64,000 bases of DNA from Candidatus Methanophagales archaeon (GTDB taxonomy: Archaea > Halobacteriota > Syntropharchaeia > Alkanophagales > Methanospirareceae): the NCBI GenBank assembly GCA_017883965.1, contig JAFNKG010000004.1, positions 983 through 64,982 of the forward strand, read 5' to 3'. The notes beneath the pieces are model-generated. The model was not told where the DNA came from, made no database searches, and saw only the letters and a list, made by a program, of their open reading frames with translations. The position numbers and the translations under genes were made by a program. Shown here piece after piece: positions 34,030 through 43,678 of this stretch (the stretch's first letter is position 1; each line of letters begins with the position of its first letter).

Positions 34030-35148
34030 ATGGGAAATACCTCGAGAAGGAAGATAGAGCAGCTCCGGATCTGTGCGGAAAAGGAAGTGGAAGTAGATGC
34101 GAATTGCTTTGCAGACGTTAAGCTTGTTCATGTTGCGTTACCGGAAATAGATAAAGAAGGGATAGATTTGAAGACGGAGTTTTTAGGCTTTTCGTTTAAT
34201 TATCCCATAATGATTGCTTCGATTACCGGCGGGCATCCAGAGACGAAAAGAATAAATAAAGTTCTTGCAGAAGCGGCTGAAACACTTGACATGGGTATGG
34301 GTGTGGGCTCTCAGAGAGCAGCACTGGAAGGCACCGAGCAGGAGGACTCTTTCCGTGTGGTTCGTGACGTTGCGCCTGATTCGTTCATTTATGCGAACTT
34401 AGGTGCTCCTCAGTTGAAGGAATACGGGATAGAAGGTGTTGAGCGAGTTATAGAGATGATAGATGCAGATGCAATTGCGATACACCTCAACTTTTTACAG
34501 GAAGCCATTCAGCCGGAAGGCAACGTAGATGCAAGAGGTTGCCTGGCTTCGATAAAAGAGGTATGCGATGCGATAAAAAAGCCGGTAATTGTAAAGGAAA
34601 CGGGTGCTGGGATTAGTTATGCAGTGGCGAAGAAGTTACACGAGGCAGGCGTATCGGCAATAGACGTAGGCGGTTTGGGTGGAACAAGTTTAGCAGTAGC
34701 AGAGATATACCGTGCGAAAGCAGAAGGAGATGAATTGGGTGAACATTTGGGACACCTTTTTGGGTGGGACTGGGGCATTACTACGGTGGAAAGCATAGTG
34801 GAGTGCAGTGCGCTTCCTTTTCCTATTCCCGTAATTGCTACTGGCGGAATAAGAACTGGCATTGACGTTGCGAAAAGCATGGCTTTAGGTGCAGACCTGT
34901 GTAGTGCCGCTTTGCCTTTCCTGAAACCTGCAATGGAAGACAATGGTGGAAAAGGAAGCACGGATAAAGTAATAGAGAAAATAAAGGAAATGGGCGAGGA
35001 ATTAAAGGTTGCTATGTTCTTAACTGGCTGTAAGACGGTAGAGGAGTTAAAAGAAGCAGAAGTAGTAGTAACCGGGAAAGCAAAAGAGATAGCAGAGCAG
35101 AGGGGGTTTGTCGAACGAATAAAAAGAAAAACGAGAAAGATATTATAG
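34030..35148 (+). CDS. fni: type 2 isopentenyl-diphosphate delta-isomerase (FMN-dependent)
   Basis: RKIEQLRI, MIASITGG, GVGSQRAALE, VIVKETGAGIS, GGLGGTS, ATGGIRTGIDVAKSMALGA. Confidence 0.9.
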   Translation: MGNTSRRKIEQLRICAEKEVEVDANCFADVKLVHVALPEIDKEGIDLKTEFLGFSFNYPIMIASITGGHPETKRINKVLAEAAETLDMGMGVGSQRAALEGTEQEDSFRVVRDVAPDSFIYANLGAPQLKEYGIEGVERVIEMIDADAIAIHLNFLQEAIQPEGNVDARGCLASIKEVCDAIKKPVIVKETGAGISYAVAKKLHEAGVSAIDVGGLGGTSLAVAEIYRAKAEGDELGEHLGHLFGWDWGITTVESIVECSALPFPIPVIATGGIRTGIDVAKSMALGADLCSAALPFLKPAMEDNGGKGSTDKVIEKIKEMGEELKVAMFLTGCKTVEELKEAEVVVTGKAKEIAEQRGFVERIKRKTRKIL

Positions 35149-35172
35149 ATGTGGTGAGTGGTGATTTAATTT

Positions 35173-38100
35173 TCACACCACGTCCACCGCTACTATCCGC
35201 TCACCAGCTCTCACATTCATCAACCGCACACCCTGCGTGTTCCTACCCTGAACGGAAATGTTTCGTACCGCAATTTTGGTCACCATATTGTCAGACGTAG
35301 CGATCACCAACTCATCATCGTTCTTTACTTGCTTGATACACACCACTTTACCGTTTCTTTCAGTGGTTCGAATGCTAATCACGCCTTTGCCACCCCGGTG
35401 TGTCTCTCTGTAAGCATCCAGTTTCGTTCTTTTTCCATAACCGTTCTCTGTTATCGTAACGAGTCTTGAAGCATCCAAACTCAAGTCAACAGCTTCTATA
35501 CTTGCTATCTCGTCTTCCTTATCCAATCTCATCCCCCGTACGCCAGATGCATATCTACCCATCTCCCGCAATTCCTCTTCCTGGAAGAGTATCGCCTTTC
35601 CGTTCTTCGAGCTTAAAATAATACCTGTCTGCGCTCCGCCCTTTATCAACGCCACGTCGGTTAACACATCGTTCTTCCTTCGGTCAACCCTAACGGCGAC
35701 GATACCCGTGACGCGTATAGCCTTCAGCTTAGCGAGTGCGCTTCTCTTCACCACGCCTCGTTTGGTAGCGAAAACGATATAGGCGTTTTCTATTGCACCA
35801 TCCACCTCTTCAGGTATGGCAAGGGCCGCAGCGAACTTTTCCTCCTCCTCTATTGCTGAGCCCACTCCTGGAAGGTTCACCAGAGGTTTTCCTTTCGCAT
35901 GCCGGCTTGTTGGCGGGATTACGTAGGTCTTCACCTGATATGCCTTGCCATATTCAGTAAAGAGAATTAGGCGTTCCCGTGTGGACGCGCGTATGAAATA
36001 AGAGATAACATCGCCTTCTTTCCTGTCTATAACGGATATCCCCTTCCCTCCTCTCAGTTGCCGCCTAAAATTACTCGCAGATAATCGCTTCACGTAATCG
36101 CGCTGTGTGAAAAAGAGGATTACGTTCTTCTCTTCGATGAAATCACGCTCGCTTAACTCTACCACCTCCTCTACCACGGTCCTTCTCGCATCGCCATACT
36201 TATCCTTCAGCCCTATCAGTTCTTCCTTGATAACGCCGAATATGCGCGCTTCACTTGCCAATACCTCTCGTAACCAGTTTATTTTAACCTCAAGCTCTGC
36301 CCGTTCGGTTTCTATCTTGTCACGCTCCAGGGCACTCAACCGCGAGAGCCGCATATCCAGTATCTCTTTCGCTTGCTCCTCGCTCAGCTCAAATTTGTCA
36401 ATCAGAGCGGATTTAGCTGTTTTTACATCGCTTGACGCTTTTATTAGCTTTATCACCCCATCTATATTTGCTATTGCGATGATTAACCCCTCTAATATAT
36501 GTTTCCGCTTCTCAGCGCGCTCTAATTCATATTGCAGCCTTCTAATCGTTACGTCTTTACGGTGCTTTATGTAGCATTCGATGAGCTCCTTGAGCGTTAA
36601 TACGCGTGGTTCACCCTCCACAAGTGCAAGATTAATAACGCCAAATGTGGTCTCCAATTGCGTGTGCTTATAAAGGTTATTTAAAATGATGAGGGCGTTA
36701 GCGCCCGATTTCAAGGTTATTACAATCCTCATGCCTTTACGGTCTGATTCATCGCGTAACCCCGTGATGCTGTCCACCTTGTATTTCCTTACGAATTCAG
36801 CTATCTCTTCGACCAGCTTGCTCTTATTTACCTGGTATGGTATCTCATTTATGATTATTCGCTCTTTTTTAGCCGTTCTTTCTATATCTGTCTTTCCTCT
36901 CAGCTTTATGCTGCCTCTGCCCGTCTCATACGCCTGTGTTATGCCCCCGTAGCCAGAAATGATGCCGCCAGTGGGAAAATCAGGAGCTTTTATTATTTGC
37001 ATCAGCTCTCCTATGCTTACCTCTGGCTCGTCTATCACTTTTATTATGCCATCCACCACTTCTGCTAAATTATGTGGGGGCATGTTAGTAGCCATACCAA
37101 CGGCAATACCGGAAGAGCCGTTTATCAACAGGTTAGGGAGCTTCGCGGGTAAAATCTGCGGTTCCTTTAGCGTGTTATCAAAATTAGGACTCCATGCGAC
37201 AGTGTCTTTATCAAGGTCAACCAGCAGCTCCTCTGCTATTTTTGAGAGCCTCGCTTCGGTATATCGCATCGCCGCAGCGGAATCTCCGTCTATACTGCCG
37301 AAATTACCCTGACCATCTACTAAAGGGTATCTGTAAGAGAAATCCTGCGCCATTCTCACCATTGTTTCATAGACCGCAACGTCACCATGAGGATGATATT
37401 TTCCCAAACAATTATGAGAAATCATACCATTCGCTATGAATTCATGTTTCCCCTCTACTTCTATGTCATAGGTTTCCTCAATTTGTGCTTCCTCAATTTT
37501 TTTAACCGGGATAAAATAAAGGTCATGCTCTAAAACCTCACTTAATAAAGGTAGATATTTAGAGCCTATCCTTTTCGCTTTCTCATAAATATTTAATTCT
37601 TCCACATTCGTTTTATAAATCTCCACCGTTTCTAACAAATTCTTTGCATATCTTATCTTTGTCCCATCTTTATATTTAATTCCCAATCTAAATTTATTCC
37701 CTCTTAAATCCTTGTACCACCCTCCTCCTAAATGCTTTTCACTAAACTCTGAAAATAGGAACTTGCCTAAAAAAGGTATTCTATAATAAAAAGAAGGTAA
37801 TTTCTTAGATTCTGCTTTTTCCTTAAGCCTTGCTTTTTTATACGAAGAAGCGAGTTGTAATTTTGGAATTAACTTCTCGAGACTATGGCTACTTATATCT
37901 AAAGAGAAACACGGATAGTTTACATTTATCAATCTATCCTCCAAAAAACGACTTTTTCCTCCCTCCTTTTCCTTATACTTTTTGGATAAAACACCAACGT
38001 TAAAAAGTAAGGTTTGGAGTTGGGAAATCAATTTCTCTGAAACGGAAGCATAATTTAAAACGTTTCTCTCTTTATGAACACTTCCATCACCATCTATAAG

Positions 38101-39000
38101 ACCTGAGATGAAGGCGTAAATAACCCCTGAAGGAGATGTGAGGATTTCTTCAGGGATAAATTTAGTTACGGCGGAGAGATTTCTTAAATCAAGACCATCT
38201 ATAAATTTTTTATTTACTTCTGTCTTATTTATCCTTAAGTAAAAGATATCCTCCTTGGGCAATATGTTTTCTTCTATCCCAAATTCTTCTTTCAAAATCC
38301 CTCTTACCTTTTCTAAAACGACTTTTTCTTGAGCAGAAAAACCCAGTCGGTCATAGCCTCTTTCGTTTTTTTCTACCCACCCATCTGACATCAAAATCCC
38401 TAAAAGATAGGCAATATTTTCATTTAAAATCAACCCATTTACTTTTTTATATGCCGTATTTTGAGAATATACACCCCTTAGAACCACAAAATCGCCTGGC
38501 TTTAAATCCTCCGCATCTTTAAACACAAATTTCAAATCCGGTGTGAAAACTTTAAATTTTTGTGCAAGAGTAGCCTTATTCTCAATACCATTTTCTAAAG
38601 TGACTTTTAATAGTTTTTTAGGAGGCATGTAATATAATCTTTCCACTCTCCCTTTTCCATCCTGTGTGAAAACTTCATCTCCTACTTTTATATCTTGAAT
38701 AGGAACTAAACCTCGGGTAGTAGAAACGAGGGTATCTTTCGGGAAACATTCCCCTACTATCCGCGCTGATTTCTTATGCGCTCTATCATGAGTGCTGCCA
38801 AGTTCATGCATTCCGTATAATATACGGCGATGCACCGGTTTCAGACCATCACGCGCGTCAGGAAGAGCTCTTCCTACAATCACGCTCATCGCATAGTCTA
38901 TATACGAGCTCTTCATCTCGTCTTCAACGCTGACTTCTATTACACGCTCACGTTCTTGTTCTTCTCCTTCTCGCTCCTCCTCACGCTCGTTTTCATTCAT
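35173..39000 (-). CDS. gyrA: DNA gyrase subunit A, interrupted by an intein
   Basis: Exteins: [12 protein letters not shown]...KKSARIVGE // [39 protein letters not shown]...AMRYTEARL, plus C-terminal beta-pinwheel repeats. 829 aa once the 446-aa intein is removed. Confidence 0.95.
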   Translation of the reverse strand: MNENEREEEREGEEQERERVIEVSVEDEMKSSYIDYAMSVIVGRALPDARDGLKPVHRRILYGMHELGSTHDRAHKKSARIVGECFPKDTLVSTTRGLVPIQDIKVGDEVFTQDGKGRVERLYYMPPKKLLKVTLENGIENKATLAQKFKVFTPDLKFVFKDAEDLKPGDFVVLRGVYSQNTAYKKVNGLILNENIAYLLGILMSDGWVEKNERGYDRLGFSAQEKVVLEKVRGILKEEFGIEENILPKEDIFYLRINKTEVNKKFIDGLDLRNLSAVTKFIPEEILTSPSGVIYAFISGLIDGDGSVHKERNVLNYASVSEKLISQLQTLLFNVGVLSKKYKEKEGGKSRFLEDRLINVNYPCFSLDISSHSLEKLIPKLQLASSYKKARLKEKAESKKLPSFYYRIPFLGKFLFSEFSEKHLGGGWYKDLRGNKFRLGIKYKDGTKIRYAKNLLETVEIYKTNVEELNIYEKAKRIGSKYLPLLSEVLEHDLYFIPVKKIEEAQIEETYDIEVEGKHEFIANGMISHNCLGKYHPHGDVAVYETMVRMAQDFSYRYPLVDGQGNFGSIDGDSAAAMRYTEARLSKIAEELLVDLDKDTVAWSPNFDNTLKEPQILPAKLPNLLINGSSGIAVGMATNMPPHNLAEVVDGIIKVIDEPEVSIGELMQIIKAPDFPTGGIISGYGGITQAYETGRGSIKLRGKTDIERTAKKERIIINEIPYQVNKSKLVEEIAEFVRKYKVDSITGLRDESDRKGMRIVITLKSGANALIILNNLYKHTQLETTFGVINLALVEGEPRVLTLKELIECYIKHRKDVTIRRLQYELERAEKRKHILEGLIIAIANIDGVIKLIKASSDVKTAKSALIDKFELSEEQAKEILDMRLSRLSALERDKIETERAELEVKINWLREVLASEARIFGVIKEELIGLKDKYGDARRTVVEEVVELSERDFIEEKNVILFFTQRDYVKRLSASNFRRQLRGGKGISVIDRKEGDVISYFIRASTRERLILFTEYGKAYQVKTYVIPPTSRHAKGKPLVNLPGVGSAIEEEEKFAAALAIPEEVDGAIENAYIVFATKRGVVKRSALAKLKAIRVTGIVAVRVDRRKNDVLTDVALIKGGAQTGIILSSKNGKAILFQEEELREMGRYASGVRGMRLDKEDEIASIEAVDLSLDASRLVTITENGYGKRTKLDAYRETHRGGKGVISIRTTERNGKVVCIKQVKNDDELVIATSDNMVTKIAVRNISVQGRNTQGVRLMNVRAGERIVAVDVV
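37411..38748 (-). mobile_element. intein with LAGLIDADG homing-endonuclease domain inside gyrA
   Basis: Starts CFPKDTLV (Cys1, codon 38746-38748) and ends [11 protein letters not shown] (37411-37413) followed by +1 Cys. LAGLIDADG motifs [12 protein letters not shown] and [12 protein letters not shown]. Mostly lower GC than the exteins. Confidence 0.9.
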
Positions 39001-39080
39001 TTAATTGCTATGGTTAGTATTATGCTCTGAAAGTAATAAAAGGTACGGTCCAATTTAGTAATAAGGTGTGATTATCAAAG

Positions 39081-40340
39081 ATGAACCTGAACGCATTATT
39101 TCAAGGAACTGCAAAAAGGGTTTACCTCGAAACTTTCGGCTGCACCGCAAACGTTGGTGACGAGATGAAGATGCGAGCGATTCTAAGAAATGCGGGTCAT
39201 GTGGTAGTGGAAGAAAGCGAAGCCGATGTCGTTATCGTGAATACATGCACCGTAGCGAAGAGGACGGAATTAAACGTGATAAAGAGACTGAAAGAATTGA
39301 AGGAAAAGGGTAAAGAAGTGGTTGTTGCGGGTTGTATGCCTGCGGCACAGCCTGACCTGGTGAAAAGCATTTTAGGCGAAGAGGTGGCTATGGTGACACC
39401 AATGGATATTTGCAATGGTTATAGTGAGGGTGAGGAACAAAGGCTTGATTTTGACGGTGTGGTTGGTATAATTCCAATAGCAATGGGTTGCGTAGGAAAA
39501 TGTTCTTATTGTATCGTGAAGCGAGCGAGGGGCGAGTTGAGAAGCTACGAGCCTGAAAAGATCTGCGAAGCAGTTAAAAGTGCGGTGGAACGAGGTGCGA
39601 GGGAGATACGGATTACTTCGCAGGACTGCAGTGCATACGGCTGGGACAGCTTCGATATAAAGCTTCCAGAGTTATTAGAAATGGTAACATCAGTGGAAGG
39701 CGATTTTAGAATAAGAGTGGGTATGTTGAACCCATTTACGGCGATTCACATCCTGGATGAACTCCTTGAAGTATATGATTCCGAAAAAATATTCAAATTC
39801 TTTCACGTGCCGGTGCAATCTGGCTCTGATAAGGTGCTGAGTGATATGAGAAGAAATTACAAAGCTGCTGATTTCGTTGAGATAGTAAAAAGCATAAGGA
39901 AGCGATTCGAATATAGCACGATATGCACGGATTTCATCATAGGATTTCCAACAGAGACAGATACGGATTTCTTTTCCTCTTTGAACCTGCTGGAGGAAAT
40001 AAAGCCAGAAAAAGTGAACATAACGAGGTTCTCTCCAAGACCCGGGACGGAAGCATCAAAGCTAAAGGATTTGCTGGAGCGGGAGAAGAAAAGGAGGTCG
40101 AGAATTTTCTCCGCCGTTTATCACACGCTTGCTTTCGCAAAGAATAGAGAACTGGAAGGAAAGGAACTCCCTGTTTTAGTAATGGAAAAGGGTAAGAAAG
40201 GGGGCGTAATAGCCAGGGACACTTCGTATAGGACGATAGTAATAAAAAAGGAGTTGCCACTTGGTGCCACTTATACGGTGCGTGTAAAGGAGGCGAAGAG
40301 CACTTATTTGGTGGGTGAGGTCCAAAACATTGACAGGTAG
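39081..40340 (+). CDS. MiaB-like radical SAM methylthiotransferase, archaeal type (tRNA t6A37 methylthiotransferase-like) with TRAM domain
   Basis: VYLETFGCTANVGDE (UPF0004 N-domain Cys), CVGKCSYC radical SAM motif, and a C-terminal TRAM-like beta domain. Confidence 0.8.
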   Translation: MNLNALFQGTAKRVYLETFGCTANVGDEMKMRAILRNAGHVVVEESEADVVIVNTCTVAKRTELNVIKRLKELKEKGKEVVVAGCMPAAQPDLVKSILGEEVAMVTPMDICNGYSEGEEQRLDFDGVVGIIPIAMGCVGKCSYCIVKRARGELRSYEPEKICEAVKSAVERGAREIRITSQDCSAYGWDSFDIKLPELLEMVTSVEGDFRIRVGMLNPFTAIHILDELLEVYDSEKIFKFFHVPVQSGSDKVLSDMRRNYKAADFVEIVKSIRKRFEYSTICTDFIIGFPTETDTDFFSSLNLLEEIKPEKVNITRFSPRPGTEASKLKDLLEREKKRRSRIFSAVYHTLAFAKNRELEGKELPVLVMEKGKKGGVIARDTSYRTIVIKKELPLGATYTVRVKEAKSTYLVGEVQNIDR

Positions 40341-40374
40341 GAAATATGAAGAAAGTAGAATAGAATTTATAGCC

Positions 40375-40656
40375 ATGTCATTAAAAGAAGAAGATTGGGA
40401 AGTTGTGGAAGGAGAGTACAGAACTCCGGAGACATGCCCCTGGTGTGGCGGGAAGATAGAGGAGAAGTTATTGGAAGTGAAGTTTTTAGACGGTAAAGTA
40501 AGAATTTCAAAATTCCCAAAAATGGTTTGCAGTAAATGCGGACGCTCGTTCATGAACGATGAACAAGCAGCATATTACGAGAAACTTCAGGAAGATTTGG
40601 TTCAAATTTATTCAATCGAATATAGGAAAAGAGAACTGCAAATGGTAGGGGTATGA
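40375..40656 (+). CDS. small zinc-ribbon protein
   Basis: CPWCGG...x27...CSKCG are two CxxC pairs; 93 aa. Start trimmed to ATG 40375. Confidence 0.45.
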   Translation: MSLKEEDWEVVEGEYRTPETCPWCGGKIEEKLLEVKFLDGKVRISKFPKMVCSKCGRSFMNDEQAAYYEKLQEDLVQIYSIEYRKRELQMVGV

Positions 40657-40720
40657 TGGTGCAAAAGGGTTATTTGATGTGATAGCAACTTTTAAATATA
40701 AGACCTTTCCTTTCAAATAC

Positions 40721-41545
40721 ATGGCACGCACACGATGCACGGTCTGCGGCAAACAGGCATTGTATAAATGCAAGTATTGCGGTGATAACCTTTGCAAGGA
40801 GCATCTCCTGCCAGAAATGCACTGGTGCGTTGGACTTGAGGAATATAAGAGAGAACTCGAAGAAGGCAAAATATCTCCTATTCCCTTAGAAGCGGAAGCG
40901 GAACCAGAAGAACCTCAACGTAAAAAAGGATGGAAAGATGAAAAAAAAGTTTATACAAACCCCTTCGGCATCTTCTCCGGTAACTATTCGTTTTTGCTTT
41001 TATTTCTCATCTTCATCTCTTTCGTTTTACAATTACTCATTCCAGGCGGTCTGATTACGAGTGGAACCTCCACCTCGTATGAAAAGCTAATGTGGTTGAA
41101 TCCGCAGCTCATAGAAGAAAGACCCTGGACATTGATAACACATATCTTCCTTCATGGAAGCTTCGGGCACTTCCTCTTCAATATGCTCTTCTTTATCTTC
41201 TTTGCTCCTGTGCTGGAGAGAAAGATAGGGAGTCCAAAATTTCTACTCATCTTTTTCCTCTCGGGAATTGTTGCGGGGATTGGCTGGTGTTTGACTTCCG
41301 ATAACCCGGCAGTGGGTGCGAGTGGTGCATTATATGGCGTTTTTGGAGCGCTTGCGGTGCTGATGCCAAGGATGAGGATGTATATCTTCCCATTGCCCAT
41401 ACCACTGGAGATGTGGATGGTGGTTATTCTTTTTGCGATATTCAATTTTTTGATGATTGGCACCACCTATCCAATCGCATTTACGGCACATTTATCAGGT
41501 CTTTTTTTCGGGCTACTCGCAGGCTTGAGTTTAAAAAGGAAGTAA
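40721..41545 (+). CDS. rhomboid-family intramembrane serine protease with N-terminal AN1-type zinc finger
   Basis: CTVCGKQALYKCKYCGDNLCKEHLLPEMHWC fits Cx2Cx7Cx2Cx4Cx2Hx5HxC. Rhomboid motifs HIFLHGSFGHFLFNM, GASGALYG, AHLSG. Confidence 0.8.
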   Translation: MARTRCTVCGKQALYKCKYCGDNLCKEHLLPEMHWCVGLEEYKRELEEGKISPIPLEAEAEPEEPQRKKGWKDEKKVYTNPFGIFSGNYSFLLLFLIFISFVLQLLIPGGLITSGTSTSYEKLMWLNPQLIEERPWTLITHIFLHGSFGHFLFNMLFFIFFAPVLERKIGSPKFLLIFFLSGIVAGIGWCLTSDNPAVGASGALYGVFGALAVLMPRMRMYIFPLPIPLEMWMVVILFAIFNFLMIGTTYPIAFTAHLSGLFFGLLAGLSLKRK

Positions 41546-41580
41546 AACACTAACCTTTTTATATACCATCTTCCTATTTA

Positions 41581-41594
41581 TGAGATATATCTCA
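41581..41594. promoter_or_regulatory. perfect 14-bp palindrome upstream of the riboflavin kinase/regulator gene
   Basis: tgagatatatctca lies directly downstream of a TATA-like tttttatata (41566-41575) and 31 nt before ATG 41625. A third half-site tgagat is at 41599-41604. Confidence 0.4.
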
Positions 41595-41624
41595 AAATTG
41601 AGATGATAAGGGTGAAAGATAAAG

Positions 41625-42305
41625 ATGAGCGGGGACGTGATATTTTCGTTAAGAAAGCTCGCTTTGTTAGGTGCGATAGAGCAGCCTATTAAATTGTCTT
41701 CTGGTCATTTCGCGGAAACGATTAAATCAAGCATACAAACCGCAGCGAGGCGACTCCAGGAGCTTGAAAGAGAAGGTTTCGTGCATAGAAAAATAATAGC
41801 GGATGGACAGTGGATAATACTGACAAAAAAAGGGATAGAGCAATTAAAGAGAGAATGTTATGAATACCAGAAGATATTTTTTTCCATACCGAATATCGAG
41901 GTTGAGATTGCAGGACGCTTGATTACAGGTCTGGGAGAAGGGAAATATTATACGACGCTTGAGGGATATAGAAAGCAATTCGAGGCTAAATTAGGTTTTA
42001 CTCCTTTTCCAGGCACCTTAAATCTCAACCTGGAATCGCAAAGTATAGCAACACGGAAGAAGCTGGATGGGCGGAAAGGGGTAGAAATAGAGGGTTTTGA
42101 ATCAGAAAAAAGGACCTTTGGCGGTGCCAAGTGCTTCCCTTGTAAGATATTGTGCGACAGTGCTGAGGGAATTAAAAGCGCTGTTATCATTCCCGACCGC
42201 ACACATTATCCCGAAGATGTTCTGGAGATAATTTCACCGGTTTATCTGCGATGCGAACTTAAACTGGAGGACGGAGATGAGATAAGAACAAGGGTGGTGA
42301 TATGA
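41625..42305 (+). CDS. ribK: CTP-dependent riboflavin kinase fused to an N-terminal wHTH (RbkR-like)
   Basis: C-terminal GRLITGLGEGKYYTTLEGYRKQFEAKLGFTPFPGTLNLNL (archaeal RibK/DUF120) and an N-terminal HTH-like about 90 aa. Confidence 0.8.
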   Translation: MSGDVIFSLRKLALLGAIEQPIKLSSGHFAETIKSSIQTAARRLQELEREGFVHRKIIADGQWIILTKKGIEQLKRECYEYQKIFFSIPNIEVEIAGRLITGLGEGKYYTTLEGYRKQFEAKLGFTPFPGTLNLNLESQSIATRKKLDGRKGVEIEGFESEKRTFGGAKCFPCKILCDSAEGIKSAVIIPDRTHYPEDVLEIISPVYLRCELKLEDGDEIRTRVVI

Positions 42306-42312
42306 ACAAAAT

Positions 42313-43035
42313 ATGAACAATATTAACATTCCCGAGTCGGTAAAACGGGGTATAGAATGCGTAAAAAAGGAAAAACTCGTATTAATATACGATGCAGAGG
42401 ATAGAGAAGGCGAGACTGACCTTGTAATGCCTGCTTCTTTTATGACATCCAAAACTGTCGCTTATTTTAGAAATGAGGCAGGCGGGCTTATATGCGTTGC
42501 TATTCATCCTGTTGCGGCAGAAAAACTCGGTCTTCCACTCATGAGTGATATTTTGAGAAACGTGAATGATAACTTCTCTCCTCTAAGGAAAATAGTGGAG
42601 GAAAAGGGCGACCTTTTGTATGATAAGCGTTCTTCCTTCTCTCTCTGGGTGAATCATCGTGATACATTCACAGGCATAACGGATAGAGACAGGGCGTTGA
42701 CGATAAAGAAGATAGGCAAAGCGGTGGAGAGAGTATTAAACGGAAATGACAACACTTACGATTTTTACACAGAATTCCGAACCCCAGGGCATGTTTCAAT
42801 ATTAAGAGCTGCGGATGGGTTGCTTGGTGAAAGAAGAGGGCAGACAGAACTCTCCGTGGCATTAGCGTTGCTTGCGGGTATATCCCCTGCAATGGTAATA
42901 TGTGAGATGTTAGACAACGAATCCGGAGGTGCTCTTTCCAAGGCTAATGCAAAGGCTTTCGCATCAGAGCGAAACATCATTTTCATCGAAGGGAAGGATA
43001 TAATAGAAGCATATCATTCGCTCTTCTCGCCGTAG
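42313..43035 (+). CDS. ribB: 3,4-dihydroxy-2-butanone-4-phosphate synthase
   Basis: DAEDREGETDLVMPA, GLICVA, GHVSILRA, RRGQTELSVALA. Confidence 0.9.
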   Translation: MNNINIPESVKRGIECVKKEKLVLIYDAEDREGETDLVMPASFMTSKTVAYFRNEAGGLICVAIHPVAAEKLGLPLMSDILRNVNDNFSPLRKIVEEKGDLLYDKRSSFSLWVNHRDTFTGITDRDRALTIKKIGKAVERVLNGNDNTYDFYTEFRTPGHVSILRAADGLLGERRGQTELSVALALLAGISPAMVICEMLDNESGGALSKANAKAFASERNIIFIEGKDIIEAYHSLFSP

Positions 43036-43250
43036 TATTCAACGTAACTGCAAAATGCAGAGTGCAAATTGGAAAATGTAAAACATGGGTGAATAAGGTG
43101 AAGTAGCATCGCTTTTATTAAAATTAACACGAGGTATGTCAGCGATAAAGCCTTTTGCTACTTTCATAAAACAACGTAAACTAACTAATATTAAGGAGAA
43201 AGGCGCCTTCCTCTTCGTCTGAGTAACATGCTCTACGACGTAGAAATTGC

Positions 43251-43472
43251 CTATTTACTCTCCAAGAAATTGTTCTTCGCTGTCAGCGACGCAAGTTCGG
43301 TCCCAAGAACAAAAATAGCCTGCTTATGCTCTTCTTTACTTCGGTGTACCTGGAAAGGTGAGATCTCCAGCTCGTTGTACTTCTCGAAATCACAGCCTAT
43401 ACCACTTTCTTCACAATACTTCTTCAATTGAGCCAATAGCATGTGTAAGTGTACCAGCTCTTCTTTTTTCAT
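43251..43472 (-). CDS. UPF0058-like small protein
   Basis: MKKEELVHLHMLLAQLKKYCEE... resembles the archaeal UPF0058 family as I recall it; 73 aa. Confidence 0.45.
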   Translation of the reverse strand: MKKEELVHLHMLLAQLKKYCEESGIGCDFEKYNELEISPFQVHRSKEEHKQAIFVLGTELASLTAKNNFLESK

Positions 43473-43480
43473 TGTAATAT

Positions 43481-43549
43481 CTTAATTTTTTTATTAGTAT
43501 TTAAATAGTGCAGTTCTTAATTTTTTTGTTAGCATTTAAATATTGCTGT
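43481..43549. repeat. tandem about 35-bp duplication of a promoter-like element
   Basis: cttaatttttttattagtatttaaatagtgcagt / cttaatttttttgttagcatttaaatattgctgt. Each carries a tttaaata TATA-like box. A similar gctaatatttaaatatt is at 15466-15482. Confidence 0.5.
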
Positions 43550-43595
43550 CATGATAAATATTGTCGTCATGGGCTCATCAAAAATTATTTCAAAT

Positions 43596-43667
43596 GCCGC
43601 TGTGGCTTAGAGGTAGAGCGGCTGACTCGTAATCAGCAGGTCGTGGGTTCAAATCCCACCAGCGGCT
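43596..43667 (+). tRNA. tRNA-Thr (anticodon CGT)
   Basis: Acceptor GCCGCTG/CAGCGGC, anticodon stem GCTGA/TCAGC with loop CTCGTAA, T-arm GTGGG-TTCAAAT-CCCAC. Confidence 0.9.
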
Positions 43668-43678
43668 TTCACTAAAAG

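Noticed and set aside
35173-39080. Absence of gyrB next to gyrA as evidence of a degenerate gyrase
   Set aside because: The gene order is simply not informative within one window. gyrB may lie elsewhere, and the gyrA exteins look intact.
43228-43431. 67-aa plus-strand ORF
   Set aside because: It is antisense to the UPF0058-like gene, which has the more protein-like translation and an upstream promoter-like element.
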